A stretch of 61,117 bases of DNA from Nitrospira sp. (GCA_029879905.1 JAOUPN010000001.1:1-61117), one strand, 5' to 3'; counted from the stretch's first letter, positions 29,832-40,095 are shown. The notes: a model not told the origin generated them from the sequence alone. Translations and numbers: made by a program.

Positions 29832-30833
29832 TTATAATGTTGATGTGGAAACTTCTGCTGCTCCCACAGGAATCGGGTGGGGCAGGTACGGCGCTTCAAG
29901 GCATGACAGAGGGAAAGCCGGGGTCTTGCCGATGCGCCGAATCGTTTCGGCGATACGTTGCGGCTTTCCCCAGTCGCTCCAGAGTACGTCAGTCAGCTCC
30001 ATGACTGACACGCGGTCAGGCAATTGCTGGAGCAGTTGAGATGAAAAGTTGTATGCCGGCATCTCTCGATAGACATCGGTCATCACGGCAGACTCATCAG
30101 CGGTTTCCCACGATGCCGTCATTCGTTCGAACAGGGGCATCATATCCGGGAAGCAGTGCCAGCCTGTCTGCCACAATGTCTCCACCGTGGCCGTCAGCAC
30201 CAAGGTGTTCCACAATCCACCGGCGCGCAATGCGGCGTCAGCTTGGGCCGGTTCCGGTTTTTCAAGGAATGAGGTGACGGCATGAACCGGATGTCCAGGT
30301 GAGCTGCCCAACTGAGGACCTCGCTGAATCCATCCGTATTCCGTCTCCAACCGATCCGGCCGGACACCCAGCAGGAGGAGGTGGTCCAGAGACTCATTTA
30401 CCGCCGCCACGGCTTGCTTGACCATGGTGATAAAGCGGCGCTCCGGATAGATGAAGTGATCCGAGGGTTGAATGACGATCAGTGCCTGTGGGTCGCGAGC
30501 CCGTATATAGGAGAGGGGCAGGAAAATTCCTGCTGCAGTGTTGCGGTTTGTCGGTTGATGGATCAATTTGCCGATCAGTCGCTTGCTCAGCTGACCCTTT
30601 GTGTAAGTTCGATGGTGTTCTGCTGCCACCACCACGGTTCGTGCGGCTGTTGCAATTCGGTTTGCGCGATCGACCGTGTGTTGGAACATCGAGCGCGTAC
30701 CGACAAAGGTGCAATATTGTTTAGGACGATGTCGTCCTAACCATCGTAGGACAAGTGGCTTGACTCGCTCCCCTTCTCCTCCTGCGAGTATGATCGACCA
30801 GACGTTCTGTTGTGTGAGGTGCCGGGTAGTCAT
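29832..30833 (-). CDS. Sugar-phosphate nucleotidyltransferase (mannose-1-phosphate guanylyltransferase-like)
   Basis: ILAGGEGER, PKQYC, QP.NRNTA, PSDH, EYGWI, FLEKP, WSDWG. Confidence 0.88.
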   Translation of the reverse strand: MTTRHLTQQNVWSIILAGGEGERVKPLVLRWLGRHRPKQYCTFVGTRSMFQHTVDRANRIATAARTVVVAAEHHRTYTKGQLSKRLIGKLIHQPTNRNTAAGIFLPLSYIRARDPQALIVIQPSDHFIYPERRFITMVKQAVAAVNESLDHLLLLGVRPDRLETEYGWIQRGPQLGSSPGHPVHAVTSFLEKPEPAQADAALRAGGLWNTLVLTATVETLWQTGWHCFPDMMPLFERMTASWETADESAVMTDVYREMPAYNFSSQLLQQLPDRVSVMELTDVLWSDWGKPQRIAETIRRIGKTPAFPLSCLEAPYLPHPIPVGAAEVSTSTL

Positions 30834-30938
30834 GGGCTGTGCCTTTCTTTTCAGATTTCTGCCTGAATATTTTGGAAACTGTAGTGGAAACTATAGTGGA
30901 CGCATGGATTCCGCTTTTCCGAAAACGGATGATCATCT

Positions 30939-31259
30939 TCATCGGCGACGACTGAGTGGAACAAGCGATGGATCCAGCATGTGGTCGCACCCGCCGGTAC
31001 GTTTCCGATTCATGACGACCGTCGTATCCACCCACTCCACGCAATTGACGCAGCGCCAGGGTTGATCTGCGGACGGCTCCGAAGCTTCTAACAACAACGA
31101 ATCGTTAAAAGCCGTGACGATACACCCTCTACATCGGACGCAGACAGGTTCTTGACGGGTCCGTTCAGTCGTCGAAACCGGAAAATAATGTCGTGCGGCA
31201 TCATGTCGAGAAGAGATCCCTCTCTCAAAGGCATCACCGGCATAGTATGTAGGGAGCAT
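30939..31259 (-). CDS. Small double-CxxC hypothetical protein
   Basis: CVRCRG...WRCVNC.E.VD....NR. Start uncertain. Confidence 0.55.
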   Translation of the reverse strand: MLPTYYAGDAFERGISSRHDAARHYFPVSTTERTRQEPVCVRCRGCIVTAFNDSLLLEASEPSADQPWRCVNCVEWVDTTVVMNRKRTGGCDHMLDPSLVPLSRRR

Positions 31260-31514
31260 AAGTGCATCGTAGTGCCTAAGCCACTAGGGAAGCGTCTAGT
31301 TTCTTGTGCAAGTGTTGCTAGTGGCAGAGTTGTCAGGAAGGTGGGGAGTGGAACTTGTTGCCGGATCAGTGCTTCTGCTCAATACGTCGTGTGTCCTAGG
31401 TAGATTGGTAGATAAAACAAGTTTCTTACCTAGTATGACTCGGGGTTCAAATTCTACAGAATGAAGAGTAGAATAGTGTCATTCGTTAACACATTATAAA
31501 GAAGGGGGAGCTTC

Positions 31515-31811
31515 ATGAAGGAAAAGCAGACACTGGGCATGGGAATGTTGGGGGTCATCGGAGTTGGCTTGGCAGGGTTGGTAGGGTTGGCCGCTTGTGA
31601 TCAAAGCCAACCTCCTGCACCGGCAAAACAGGAAGCGCCTGCTCCAAAGGCTGAGACAGCACCTCCAGCTGAACCCGCTCCTGCTGCAGAGGCCTCGTCC
31701 GAAGAGGGTTCTGCTCCTGAAGGCGGCGATGCCGCTGCAGCTCCCAAGGCTGCAGAAGGACAAGCAGGTGAAGGAGCCGCTGGTGCGGCTGATGCCAAGG
31801 AAGGCCAGTAA
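31515..31811 (+). CDS. Ala/Pro/Glu-rich low-complexity lipoprotein
   Basis: LAA/C lipobox, AAGGGGGAG RBS. Confidence 0.75.
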   Translation: MKEKQTLGMGMLGVIGVGLAGLVGLAACDQSQPPAPAKQEAPAPKAETAPPAEPAPAAEASSEEGSAPEGGDAAAAPKAAEGQAGEGAAGAADAKEGQ

Positions 31812-32521
31812 AGTTGTCGACGAGAGCGTATCGATATACCCCTTGGAGCCAATATCAAGACAGTGGTGAGATGTTGCCGTCAGTGGACCGGCATAGCGCC
31901 AAGACGATCTCATGACCAGATAACCGGTGGTGTGTCGTTTTGACCAAATAAGTCAGGGGTATTTTGTCTGGTGAGTCGAGAGGCTTGCCTCAGCTCTCTT
32001 TGGAGGCTTAGAGCGGGATAGATTCCGTCACATGTGACGGTGTCTGTCCCGCCACACTGTAAACTTCTCCCGTTTGCGGACTTCCATCTCAATCTGCTGT
32101 CCTCAATCTCTTTCCAACTGTGTGATGTACCATCTAATTCGTGAGTGATGGCGGTTTGAGCCGGCTATCAGTTTCGATAGGGAACACTTCGCCTGGCTCG
32201 GAGCACTACGTTTGTTCCGTCTCAATCATGACGTGCGGGAGTCTTTGGGGTCGATAGTGTCCCATTCTCATAAAAAGGATGAGAGAGGACTGTGCGCCGG
32301 TTCTGTGACCGCAGAGGTCCCGCCTTTGTTGCTCAGGTGGATTTCCTGAAAGACGCAATGCAGATTGATTCAGTCTTTAGAGATAAGTGATGGGTTGAAG
32401 AGAAGATTGAAGGACGTATGAGATGAGCTAGGGATTGTCCTAGTACGCCGGCCTTCTCTGATTCGGTACAATACTATCGTTCAAGGGGCTGAATGTGTAC
32501 CAAAGGAGTGAAGCATCATCT

Positions 32522-34765
32522 ATGAGGAAAAGAGGTTCCGGCAAGACCACAGGACAACGCAGAGAGGTTGTGACCCCTTCGGGGCGGAAGTTGCGGAGGT
32601 CGACCAAAGGAAAGTCCGTCTCGAAAGGTCTCATCCGTTCTGACGGTCGCTCGAAAGGCTCCCTATCATCAAAAACTTCTTCATCGAAGTCCGAGCGTTT
32701 GTCGCAGGAGATTCAGTCTCAGGCCAACGAATTAGCGAGAAAGAATAAGGAGCTGCGGCAAGCGCACCTGAAGGCAGAGGAGGAGAGTCAGAAGTATCGA
32801 TATCTATACGAAACTATTCCCGTCGCCAGTTATACCCTTGATGCACAGGGAACGGTTCTCGACCTGAATGAAGCCGGCGCCATGCTGTTGCGATCATCTC
32901 GTCACCACCTCGTCGACCGACGCTTTCACGTATTTATCTATGAGTCTGATCGTTCGCTGTTTAGGGGGTTCATGCGCAAAGTATTGAAGGGGGCTGGGCA
33001 CGAACTCTGTGCCGTTCGGTTGGCAGACGATCAGACCCTATCATTAGTGTTGGTCGGTGTTAGGCGAAACAACCATGAGCGGAAAAGGGCCGTCGTGCAA
33101 CTTGCGGTGATGGATGTGACCGGGTTTATCAGGGTACAGGGGGTCTTACGGGATTCCAACGAGGCGCTCGAAGCCACGGTCAATGAACGGACAGAGCAAC
33201 TCACTGATGCGCTGGGGCGATTGAATCAAGAAATTGAAGAGCGTAGGTGCGCCGAAGATCGGCTATCGCTGTTGAATGATTCATTGGAACAGCGCGTAAA
33301 TGAGCGGACCATAGCCTTGGCCGAAGCCAACGAACGGTGGGAGTGGGTGGTGCGGGCGACGCATGACGGCGTGTGGGATTGGGATCTTGTACGCAATAAG
33401 GCCTATTTTTCACCTCGCTGGAAAGAGATGCACGGAATCCAAGATGGCGACCTGTCGGAATCATCGGAGGAGTGGTCATCCCGTATCCATCCGGAAGACC
33501 AACAGAAAGTAGGGGATAAACTTGAGGCATATTTGGCCGGCATAGTCCCTGAGTTTTGGGAGGAGTATCGCATTCAACGGAAAGACGGCATCTATATTTG
33601 GGTGCTTGACCGGGGCGTCGCCGTTTTCGATGAAGAGGGGCGGGCTATCCGCATGGTCGGGGCGGAAACAGATATTACCTGGCGCAAGGAATCAGAGGAG
33701 GCGTTACGCAGGAGCGAGCAGGAGTTTAGAACCTTGGCTGACAATGTGCCGGCCTTGTTCAGCTATATCGGTCTGGATTTCCGCTATCGATTTGTCAATA
33801 AACGGTACGAAGAACTATTCGGGCGTCACGATAAGACGATGGTGGGGATGACCGTCTTCGATCTACTTGGTTCCGATGGCTATGCCGTTGTAGAACCGTA
33901 CTTGAGAAAGGCGCTTGAAGGGGAATCGGTTGCATTTGAGTATGAATTGAAGGTGCCTGGTGACGGCATACGATACTTGTCGGTGCAGTATGTGCCGGAT
34001 AGGGGGAAACAAGGGGAGGTGAGAGGTCTTTTCGCGCTATTGGCCGATGTGACGGCGCTGAAGCTGTCCGAAGCGGCGTTGCGAGGACGGGAGGCTGAAC
34101 TACGCGCGCTCAATGCCAAGTTGGTGCAGGTACAGGAAGAAGAGCGGAGAAGGATTGCGCGGGATTTGCATGACGATGTGACGCAACGGCTGGCGGCGTT
34201 GACTCTGGAATTGCATGGGATGAAGCGCTATGCCGTTGAAGCCGGATGCGATCCATCGATCGTGTCAAAGGTCAAAGGTCTTGGAGAGTCCGTTGAGCGG
34301 CTGACGACGGATGTACAGCAATTAGCGCACCATCTCCATCCGTCGATCTTAGAACATGCGGGGTTGGAGGCTGCTGCGCGCGAACATGCGGACGAGTTTA
34401 GCGCGCGAACAGGGTTGCTGACAGAGGTGTTGGTGCGGGACCTTCCCAAGGAGGTGCCTCTCGATCAGGCCACCTGTCTCTATCGTGTGTTGCAGGAGAG
34501 TCTACAGAATGTGCGAAAGCATGCCAACGCCTCAAATGTATTGGTTCGGCTGTTAGGCACAAATCATGGGGTTGGGATCTGTGTGCACGACGACGGACAA
34601 GGATTAGAATCCAAGACTGCCGGTAACCGCAAGGGGCTTGGTCTAACCAGTATGGCGGAGCGAGTGTGGTCGCTCAAAGGAACGTTCCGCGTCAGGACGA
34701 GGCCGGACGACGGCACGGAAATCCATGCGTGGGTTCCGTTGGAAGACGTGAAATATAAAACGTGA
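32522..34765 (+). CDS. Multi-PAS sensor histidine kinase (HisKA_3, NarX/UhpB type)
   Basis: PAS domains (DGVWDWD, WSSRIHPED), EERRRIARDLHD, QESLQNVRKHA, DDGQG, GLGL.SM.ER. Start 32522 or 32495. Confidence 0.92.
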   Translation: MRKRGSGKTTGQRREVVTPSGRKLRRSTKGKSVSKGLIRSDGRSKGSLSSKTSSSKSERLSQEIQSQANELARKNKELRQAHLKAEEESQKYRYLYETIPVASYTLDAQGTVLDLNEAGAMLLRSSRHHLVDRRFHVFIYESDRSLFRGFMRKVLKGAGHELCAVRLADDQTLSLVLVGVRRNNHERKRAVVQLAVMDVTGFIRVQGVLRDSNEALEATVNERTEQLTDALGRLNQEIEERRCAEDRLSLLNDSLEQRVNERTIALAEANERWEWVVRATHDGVWDWDLVRNKAYFSPRWKEMHGIQDGDLSESSEEWSSRIHPEDQQKVGDKLEAYLAGIVPEFWEEYRIQRKDGIYIWVLDRGVAVFDEEGRAIRMVGAETDITWRKESEEALRRSEQEFRTLADNVPALFSYIGLDFRYRFVNKRYEELFGRHDKTMVGMTVFDLLGSDGYAVVEPYLRKALEGESVAFEYELKVPGDGIRYLSVQYVPDRGKQGEVRGLFALLADVTALKLSEAALRGREAELRALNAKLVQVQEEERRRIARDLHDDVTQRLAALTLELHGMKRYAVEAGCDPSIVSKVKGLGESVERLTTDVQQLAHHLHPSILEHAGLEAAAREHADEFSARTGLLTEVLVRDLPKEVPLDQATCLYRVLQESLQNVRKHANASNVLVRLLGTNHGVGICVHDDGQGLESKTAGNRKGLGLTSMAERVWSLKGTFRVRTRPDDGTEIHAWVPLEDVKYKT

Positions 34766-34964
34766 AACGTAAGATGGGCGAAGAGGGACGCATAAGTTCC
34801 TTGGGGCTGTGTTCGAGTTGCATCCTGGTTCGGCAACACTATTCCATATGGTCCGACCCTTGCTCCTTGAACCTTGCACCTAACAATTTGACCCCTGTTG
34901 CTTGCCGATCCTGTTGTACGGGCGGAGTATGAGGGGATAGCGTCATAAACCTGATAGGGATCAT

Positions 34965-35636
34965 ATGATGACAAAACCACGAGTCTTAATTGCTGACGAT
35001 CATTCCATCTTTTTGGCCGGACTGCACAGACTCGTGGAGGATTCATGCGAAGTCGTCGGAATGGTGGAAAATGGTCGGGCCCTCGTCGAGGCTGCAGGGA
35101 AGCTCAAGCCGGACCTTATTTTGCTGGATATTTCCATGCCTCTACTGAACGGATTGGATGCAGCGCGTGAGATTAAGAAGTCCGAACCTGATTGTAAGAT
35201 TCTGTTTCTGACGATGCATGCCAGTCCGACCTATGCGACCGAAGCCATAAAAGCCGGCGGCAACGGGTATCTTCTTAAGCAGTCAGCCGCTTCCGAACTG
35301 TCGACGGCGATTGAGGCAGTACTCGGCGGACAAACCTATCTCACTCCGGCTATCACCAGATCGGTGCTTGACTCGATGCTCAAGCCGGATTCACTGGCAC
35401 TCAAGCGGGCCGTGGGCGACTTGACGCCACGGCAGCGGGAAGTGTTGCAGTTGGTGGGAGAGGGAAAGGGAACGAAAGACATCGCAACATTGCTCAATGT
35501 TTCGGTGAAAACCGTTGAATTCCACAAAGCCCGTCTTATGGAGCAACTGGAGATGCATTCAACCGCCGACTTAATGAAGTTTGCGATTGCTGAAGGGTTG
35601 GCTTCCACCGATACCATATCATCTGAAATTGAGTGA
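34965..35636 (+). CDS. NarL/FixJ-family response regulator
   Basis: LIADDH, LLDISMP, GYLLK receiver plus LTPRQREVL...TVEFHK LuxR HTH. Confidence 0.93.
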   Translation: MMTKPRVLIADDHSIFLAGLHRLVEDSCEVVGMVENGRALVEAAGKLKPDLILLDISMPLLNGLDAAREIKKSEPDCKILFLTMHASPTYATEAIKAGGNGYLLKQSAASELSTAIEAVLGGQTYLTPAITRSVLDSMLKPDSLALKRAVGDLTPRQREVLQLVGEGKGTKDIATLLNVSVKTVEFHKARLMEQLEMHSTADLMKFAIAEGLASTDTISSEIE

Positions 35637-35973
35637 TGCCGTTCGGCGTGATCTCGGTTCCGGCAACAACTTGGCGAGGAAGACTTTTTCCTACTCTGAA
35701 TTGAGGCATGACGCCTCACCGATGTTCTCCGGAATGACGCAAAAGGCGACAGGATCGTCGTGCTGTGGTGGAGCCCTATGGCCTGCGTCTACTTCGCCAA
35801 AGCAATTCGGCTTCGAAGGCCACGCAGACGTGGCTTCCTGCGAAGGCGGGGAAAAAAATCGATCTCCTCAGGTCTTTCTTTTGCAGTAAAGAAGGGAAAA
35901 GAAAATCAGAGGGGACGTTGTACAGGTTTTGGATAAGTATCATAATGTTGACGTGACCTGAATGGAGGGGATT

Positions 35974-36198
35974 ATGAAAGAGGATGGTCGGTGTGGAGAA
36001 TTGCTTGTCATGTTTCTGGCCGGATTGACGATCGGTACGGCAGCAGGCCTGTTGCTGGCCCCTCATTCCGGGTCATACACGAGGCGGCAAATCCGTAACC
36101 TTGCGGAAGATGTCACGGAGCAGGCGTCACACTTGGCATCCGAGGCAAAAGATGCCGTCGAGAATGTCGTCGAAAAGGGGAAACGAATCGTCACGTAA
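35974..36198 (+). CDS. YtxH domain protein
   Basis: FLAG..IG.AAGLLLAP.SG..TR..I. Confidence 0.85.
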   Translation: MKEDGRCGELLVMFLAGLTIGTAAGLLLAPHSGSYTRRQIRNLAEDVTEQASHLASEAKDAVENVVEKGKRIVT

Positions 36199-36338
36199 AG
36201 TGAGGTCACTGCCTCTACAGGAAGCCGCGCATATCCGGCCTTTGCAGTGAACCGCTTCGAGTCTTCATCTCCTACGGGTTACTTCGGCGAAGTCGGTTCA
36301 AGCTAAGAGCTTCCACTAACATGCGAATTCTATGAGGA

Positions 36339-38285
36339 ATGATGAGCCAAGACAGCTACCCGATTCCTGAGGACTTTCAACAGCGAGCGCATATTACCGA
36401 ACAGGGGTATCACGATCTGTATCGGCGCTCGATCGACGATCCAGAGGGTTTCTGGAGCGATCAGGCTGAAACGTTTCTCAATTGGTCCGGACGGTGGAAG
36501 AAGGTGCTCGACTGGGACTTCACGAAGGGGCATGTTCGCTGGTTTGAAGGCGGGAAGCTCAATGCCTGTGAGAACTGTGTTGACCGCCATCTTGCCGCTC
36601 GGGGTGACCGGACGGCGATTATTTGGGAAGGCAACGAACCGGGCGAGAGCCGCTCCATTACCTATCGTGAATTACACGAGCAGGTATGCCGATTGGCGAA
36701 CGTGCTGAAGAGTCGTGGCATCGGCAAGGGAGATCGGGTCTGCCTCTATATGCCGATGGTTCCCGAAGCGGTCATGGCCATGCTCGCCTGTGCGCGCATC
36801 GGCGCAATCCATTCGGTCGTGTTCGCCGGGTTCTCCTCCGAGGCGTTCAAGCATCGCGTGATGGACAGTGCCTGTCGATTGGTGATCACCGTTGACGGGT
36901 ATCGGCATGGGAAGAAGACCGTTGCTCACAAGGAGAAAACGGATCAGGCGCTCAAAGACTGCACGGGTGTCGAAACGGTGTTAGTCGTCAAACGTCTCGG
37001 ATTGGATATCCCATGGGATGCTTCTCGAGATGTGTGGTTTCACGAGGCCATGGCCCTTTCGCCGTCAGAATGTCCGGCGGTGGAGATGGACGCGGAAGAT
37101 CCGCTGTTTATTCTCTATACGTCAGGGTCCACCGGAAAACCGAAGGGGCTTGTACATACGACCGGCGGCTATCTGCTGTATGCCGCAATGTCTCATCGGT
37201 ACGCGTTCGACTACCATGACGGGGACGTCTATTGGTGTACCGCCGATATCGGATGGGTGACCGGCCATACCTATATTGTCTATGGCCCGTTGGCCAACGG
37301 GGCGGTCACCCTCTTATTCGAGGGCGTGCCCAATTACCCCGATTACTCCAGATTGTGGCAACTGGTGGACAAGCATCAGGTGAACATTTTTTATACGGCG
37401 CCGACTGCGATCCGTTCACTCATGGCACAAGGTGATGAACCGGTGAAGAAGGCTCACCGCCGGAGCTTACGCATGTTGGGCAGTGTCGGAGAACCCATCG
37501 ATCCCAAATCCTGGGAGTGGTTTTATCGTGTGGTCGGTGAAGAACGTTGTCCGATCGCGGACACCTGGTGGCAGACGGAAACCGGCGGGCTGCTCTTGAC
37601 TCCGCTGGCGGGAGCGATGCCCCTCAAACCAGGTTCCGTGGCGAAGCCGTTTTTCGGCGTGGTCCCGGCCATCGTCGATGAGAACGGGTACGTGCTCGAT
37701 GGAGAGGCCGAAGGGCGTCTTGTCATCACCAAACCCTGGCCGGCATTGGCGCGTACGATTCATGGAAACCATGAGCGGTATCTCACGACCTATTTCAGCA
37801 GATTTTCCGGCTTCTACGATACCGAGGACGGGGCTCGCCGGGATGCCGACGGATATTACTGGATCACGGGTCGAATCGACGATGTCTTGAACGTCTCCGG
37901 GCACCGTATGGGCACGGCCGAGTTGGAAAGTGCGTTCGAGAAACATCCGAATGTAGCCGAAGCATCCATCGTCGGGTTCCCTCACGAGATCAAAGGGCAG
38001 GGGATTTATGCGTATGTCGTGTTGAAGAAGGGCATCTCTCCGTCAGAGGAGCTTGTGCGTACGCTTGTGGAACAGGTATCTCGAGAAATCGGTCCCATTG
38101 CCAAACCGGACCAAATCCAATGGGCCGACGCCTTGCCGAAGACACGATCGGGAAAAGTCATGCGTCGGATCCTGCGTAAAATTGCGGCGAACGACTTGGA
38201 GAATCTGGGGGACACCTCCACATTGGCCGATCCATCAGTGGTTGACGCCTTGATTGCGAAGCGCAGGAAGTCATCGGCAAGATAA
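36339..38285 (+). CDS. acs: Acetyl-CoA synthetase (AMP-forming)
   Basis: [49 protein letters not shown]. Confidence 0.96.
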   Translation: MMSQDSYPIPEDFQQRAHITEQGYHDLYRRSIDDPEGFWSDQAETFLNWSGRWKKVLDWDFTKGHVRWFEGGKLNACENCVDRHLAARGDRTAIIWEGNEPGESRSITYRELHEQVCRLANVLKSRGIGKGDRVCLYMPMVPEAVMAMLACARIGAIHSVVFAGFSSEAFKHRVMDSACRLVITVDGYRHGKKTVAHKEKTDQALKDCTGVETVLVVKRLGLDIPWDASRDVWFHEAMALSPSECPAVEMDAEDPLFILYTSGSTGKPKGLVHTTGGYLLYAAMSHRYAFDYHDGDVYWCTADIGWVTGHTYIVYGPLANGAVTLLFEGVPNYPDYSRLWQLVDKHQVNIFYTAPTAIRSLMAQGDEPVKKAHRRSLRMLGSVGEPIDPKSWEWFYRVVGEERCPIADTWWQTETGGLLLTPLAGAMPLKPGSVAKPFFGVVPAIVDENGYVLDGEAEGRLVITKPWPALARTIHGNHERYLTTYFSRFSGFYDTEDGARRDADGYYWITGRIDDVLNVSGHRMGTAELESAFEKHPNVAEASIVGFPHEIKGQGIYAYVVLKKGISPSEELVRTLVEQVSREIGPIAKPDQIQWADALPKTRSGKVMRRILRKIAANDLENLGDTSTLADPSVVDALIAKRRKSSAR

Positions 38286-38874
38286 GGGAGCGGTATCCAC
38301 GACCGGTGGGTTACTCGTATGATGCCTGACGTCGTATGCGGAATTCTCTGATGCGATAGTGCCACCGCGGGTAGAACTAAGCTACGTCAATCCTCGGATT
38401 ATTCACAATCGCTTTTACATTCCAGAGTCGGCCAACTATGTCGAAGCGTTTGTACGGACTGTCGAGCTTTCTGGTCCATCTGTTCTTCTCAACGCTACAC
38501 TGACGGTGGATGGTACTCCATATCACCTTGAGCCCTATCCCTCTGGAAGAAATTCAGCTTTGGAACCAGTTTCTGCTCAATTCACAAGGCTTGAGTGGGC
38601 TTTGCCAGCGAATGTGAATTTAAGGGGCAAGGTCGGAACGCTCGAGTTCGGACTGATGAACACTGAGCCGGGTCAGATCTCCGGGACAGTTCGAGCCCAG
38701 CTTGATGATATTGCTTTAGTCCCTCAGCCTGGCGTGCGAATCTCAGGCCCCGGAGCGCCGCTCACTGCTCAATCCGAGAGCGCAGTGGGGGCACACACTA
38801 CGCCGTTCAGCGTAGAGAATCTTGGCGCGTTGATAGTAGCGGCGACCACTCACTGGTCTGGCCTTGGGGTATCT

Positions 38875-39534
38875 TCAGCCGTAGAAATGCCAGAGGGGGG
38901 TTTGGGGATCAACTTGAGGAGTATCGGAGTTTCGGCAACGAATTTGTCGGTCAATCAGATATCCGCCTTTGAAGTACAGGGCTCTGAGGACAACAGGGAT
39001 ACAGGCTTCAGTGAGGGTGGCATCAACAATCAAAGTTTCTCTCCGGACCCAGACCTTATCCAGAACTATGTTGGTAAGACTGCAGGGACGTTGTGGATCG
39101 CCCAAGAAACCAGAACAGACCAAACGGGGGTCAATCGTAATACGTCGCTGCCCTCCGACCCTCATTCCATTAAGGCCCAATCTGATTCCATCCTGGCCAG
39201 TGGAAAGATAGTTGCGGTTGTAAAACAGGTTGGAGACACCAACTGGGTCAAAGGAGCCTTCGTAAAGGAAAGTTGGTCCGCGGAAAAGGACAGTGCCATC
39301 GGCATACCGCACTTCAATATCGGCGGAGATCTTCCGTCCCCAAGCGGCAACGGGACCCTCGCCGATCTTAAGATCTTCAATCTTCAACAGATCCCGCTTC
39401 AGCCGCTCAAATTCTTCACGGGACTTGTCGGTCAAGGGGCTGATGTCATAAGGGTATCGCCCTTCTCCGAATTCAAAGCCGCAGCCGAATTGGGCCAGCG
39501 AGAGGATCAACAGAATCAAAGTGCGTTTCAACAT
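38875..39534 (-). CDS. FKBP-like putative lipoprotein (nested antisense gene)
   Basis: Hydrophobic signal ending in FG/C. LKIEDLKIGEG and GLNGMRVGGQRRITI FKBP-fold motifs. AAGGAGG RBS 5 nt upstream of ATG. Confidence 0.82.
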   Translation of the reverse strand: MLKRTLILLILSLAQFGCGFEFGEGRYPYDISPLTDKSREEFERLKRDLLKIEDLKIGEGPVAAWGRKISADIEVRYADGTVLFRGPTFLYEGSFDPVGVSNLFYNRNYLSTGQDGIRLGLNGMRVGGQRRITIDPRLVCSGFLGDPQRPCSLTNIVLDKVWVRRETLIVDATLTEACIPVVLRALYFKGGYLIDRQIRCRNSDTPQVDPQTPLWHFYG

Positions 39535-39555
39535 AGTCCCTCCTTCGGCACCCCA

Positions 39556-39584
39556 ACGTTACCGCCGGATCGGAAATCCGTCAA
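39556..39584 (-). promoter_or_regulatory. Putative sigma70 promoter of the nested FKBP-like gene
   Basis: Minus strand TTGACG-N17-TAACGT, about 20 nt upstream of the ATG. Confidence 0.62.
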
Positions 39585-39600
39585 AGGAGTTGATGGAAAT

Positions 39601-39704
39601 GGTCTATCTGGTCTGTTTGGTTTGTCTGGTTTGTCTGGTGCGTTTGGCCTGTCTGGTGCAAGTGCTCCGAACGTCTCAGCACTCAGCACTCAGTCCTCAG
39701 CACT
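39601..39704 (+). repeat. Composite nonamer (GGTYTGTCT) + heptamer (TCAGCAC) tandem array
   Basis: Six 9-mers at 39601-39654 and four 7-mers at 39676-39703. Second shorter copy at 39900-39963. Confidence 0.8.
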
Positions 39705-40095
39705 TGACGATACCCCGTGGCAGTTGACTGGAGTGGATGGAAGTGCCGCTTTCGGCAAGATTGATCTCATGACGGTGCTGATGCACGAACTTGGGCACGT
39801 GATGGGCCTGGGCCATGTGAGTTCCGCCGTGGATGGGACGCGCCTCATGGCCGGCGCCATTGATCCTGGTGTTGCCGACTGCCTTCGGCACTCGACTTAG
39901 GTCTGTCTGGTTTGTCTGGTCTATCTGGTGCGTCGGATGACTCAGATCTCAGCACTCATCACTGGATGTGTGGGAGCCATATCTTGCGCACTTTACGACA
40001 ACTCAACACTCACAACTCAAAATTCGCCTTTGGCGGTGAATCCCGCCCTCCAGGCTCGTTCAAGCCGTGCAACTGCCTTCGTACGAAGGGGCGAC

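Larger units (their letters stand above)
38323..40070 (+). pseudogene. Fragment of a large exoprotein gene with matrixin-like HELGHxxGLxH motif, containing a nested antisense gene
   Basis: Frame open 38323-39900 with no RBS or credible start. IDLMTVLMHELGHVMGLGH...LM...I.PG. A 1-nt loss near 39873 would restore V(R)RLPSALDL. Right end approximate. Confidence 0.7.

Noticed and set aside
39601-39963. Repeat arrays as CRISPR or DGR template/variable repeats
   Set aside because: Units are 7-9 nt and contiguous, with no spacers, no cas genes and no adenine-specific mismatch pair.
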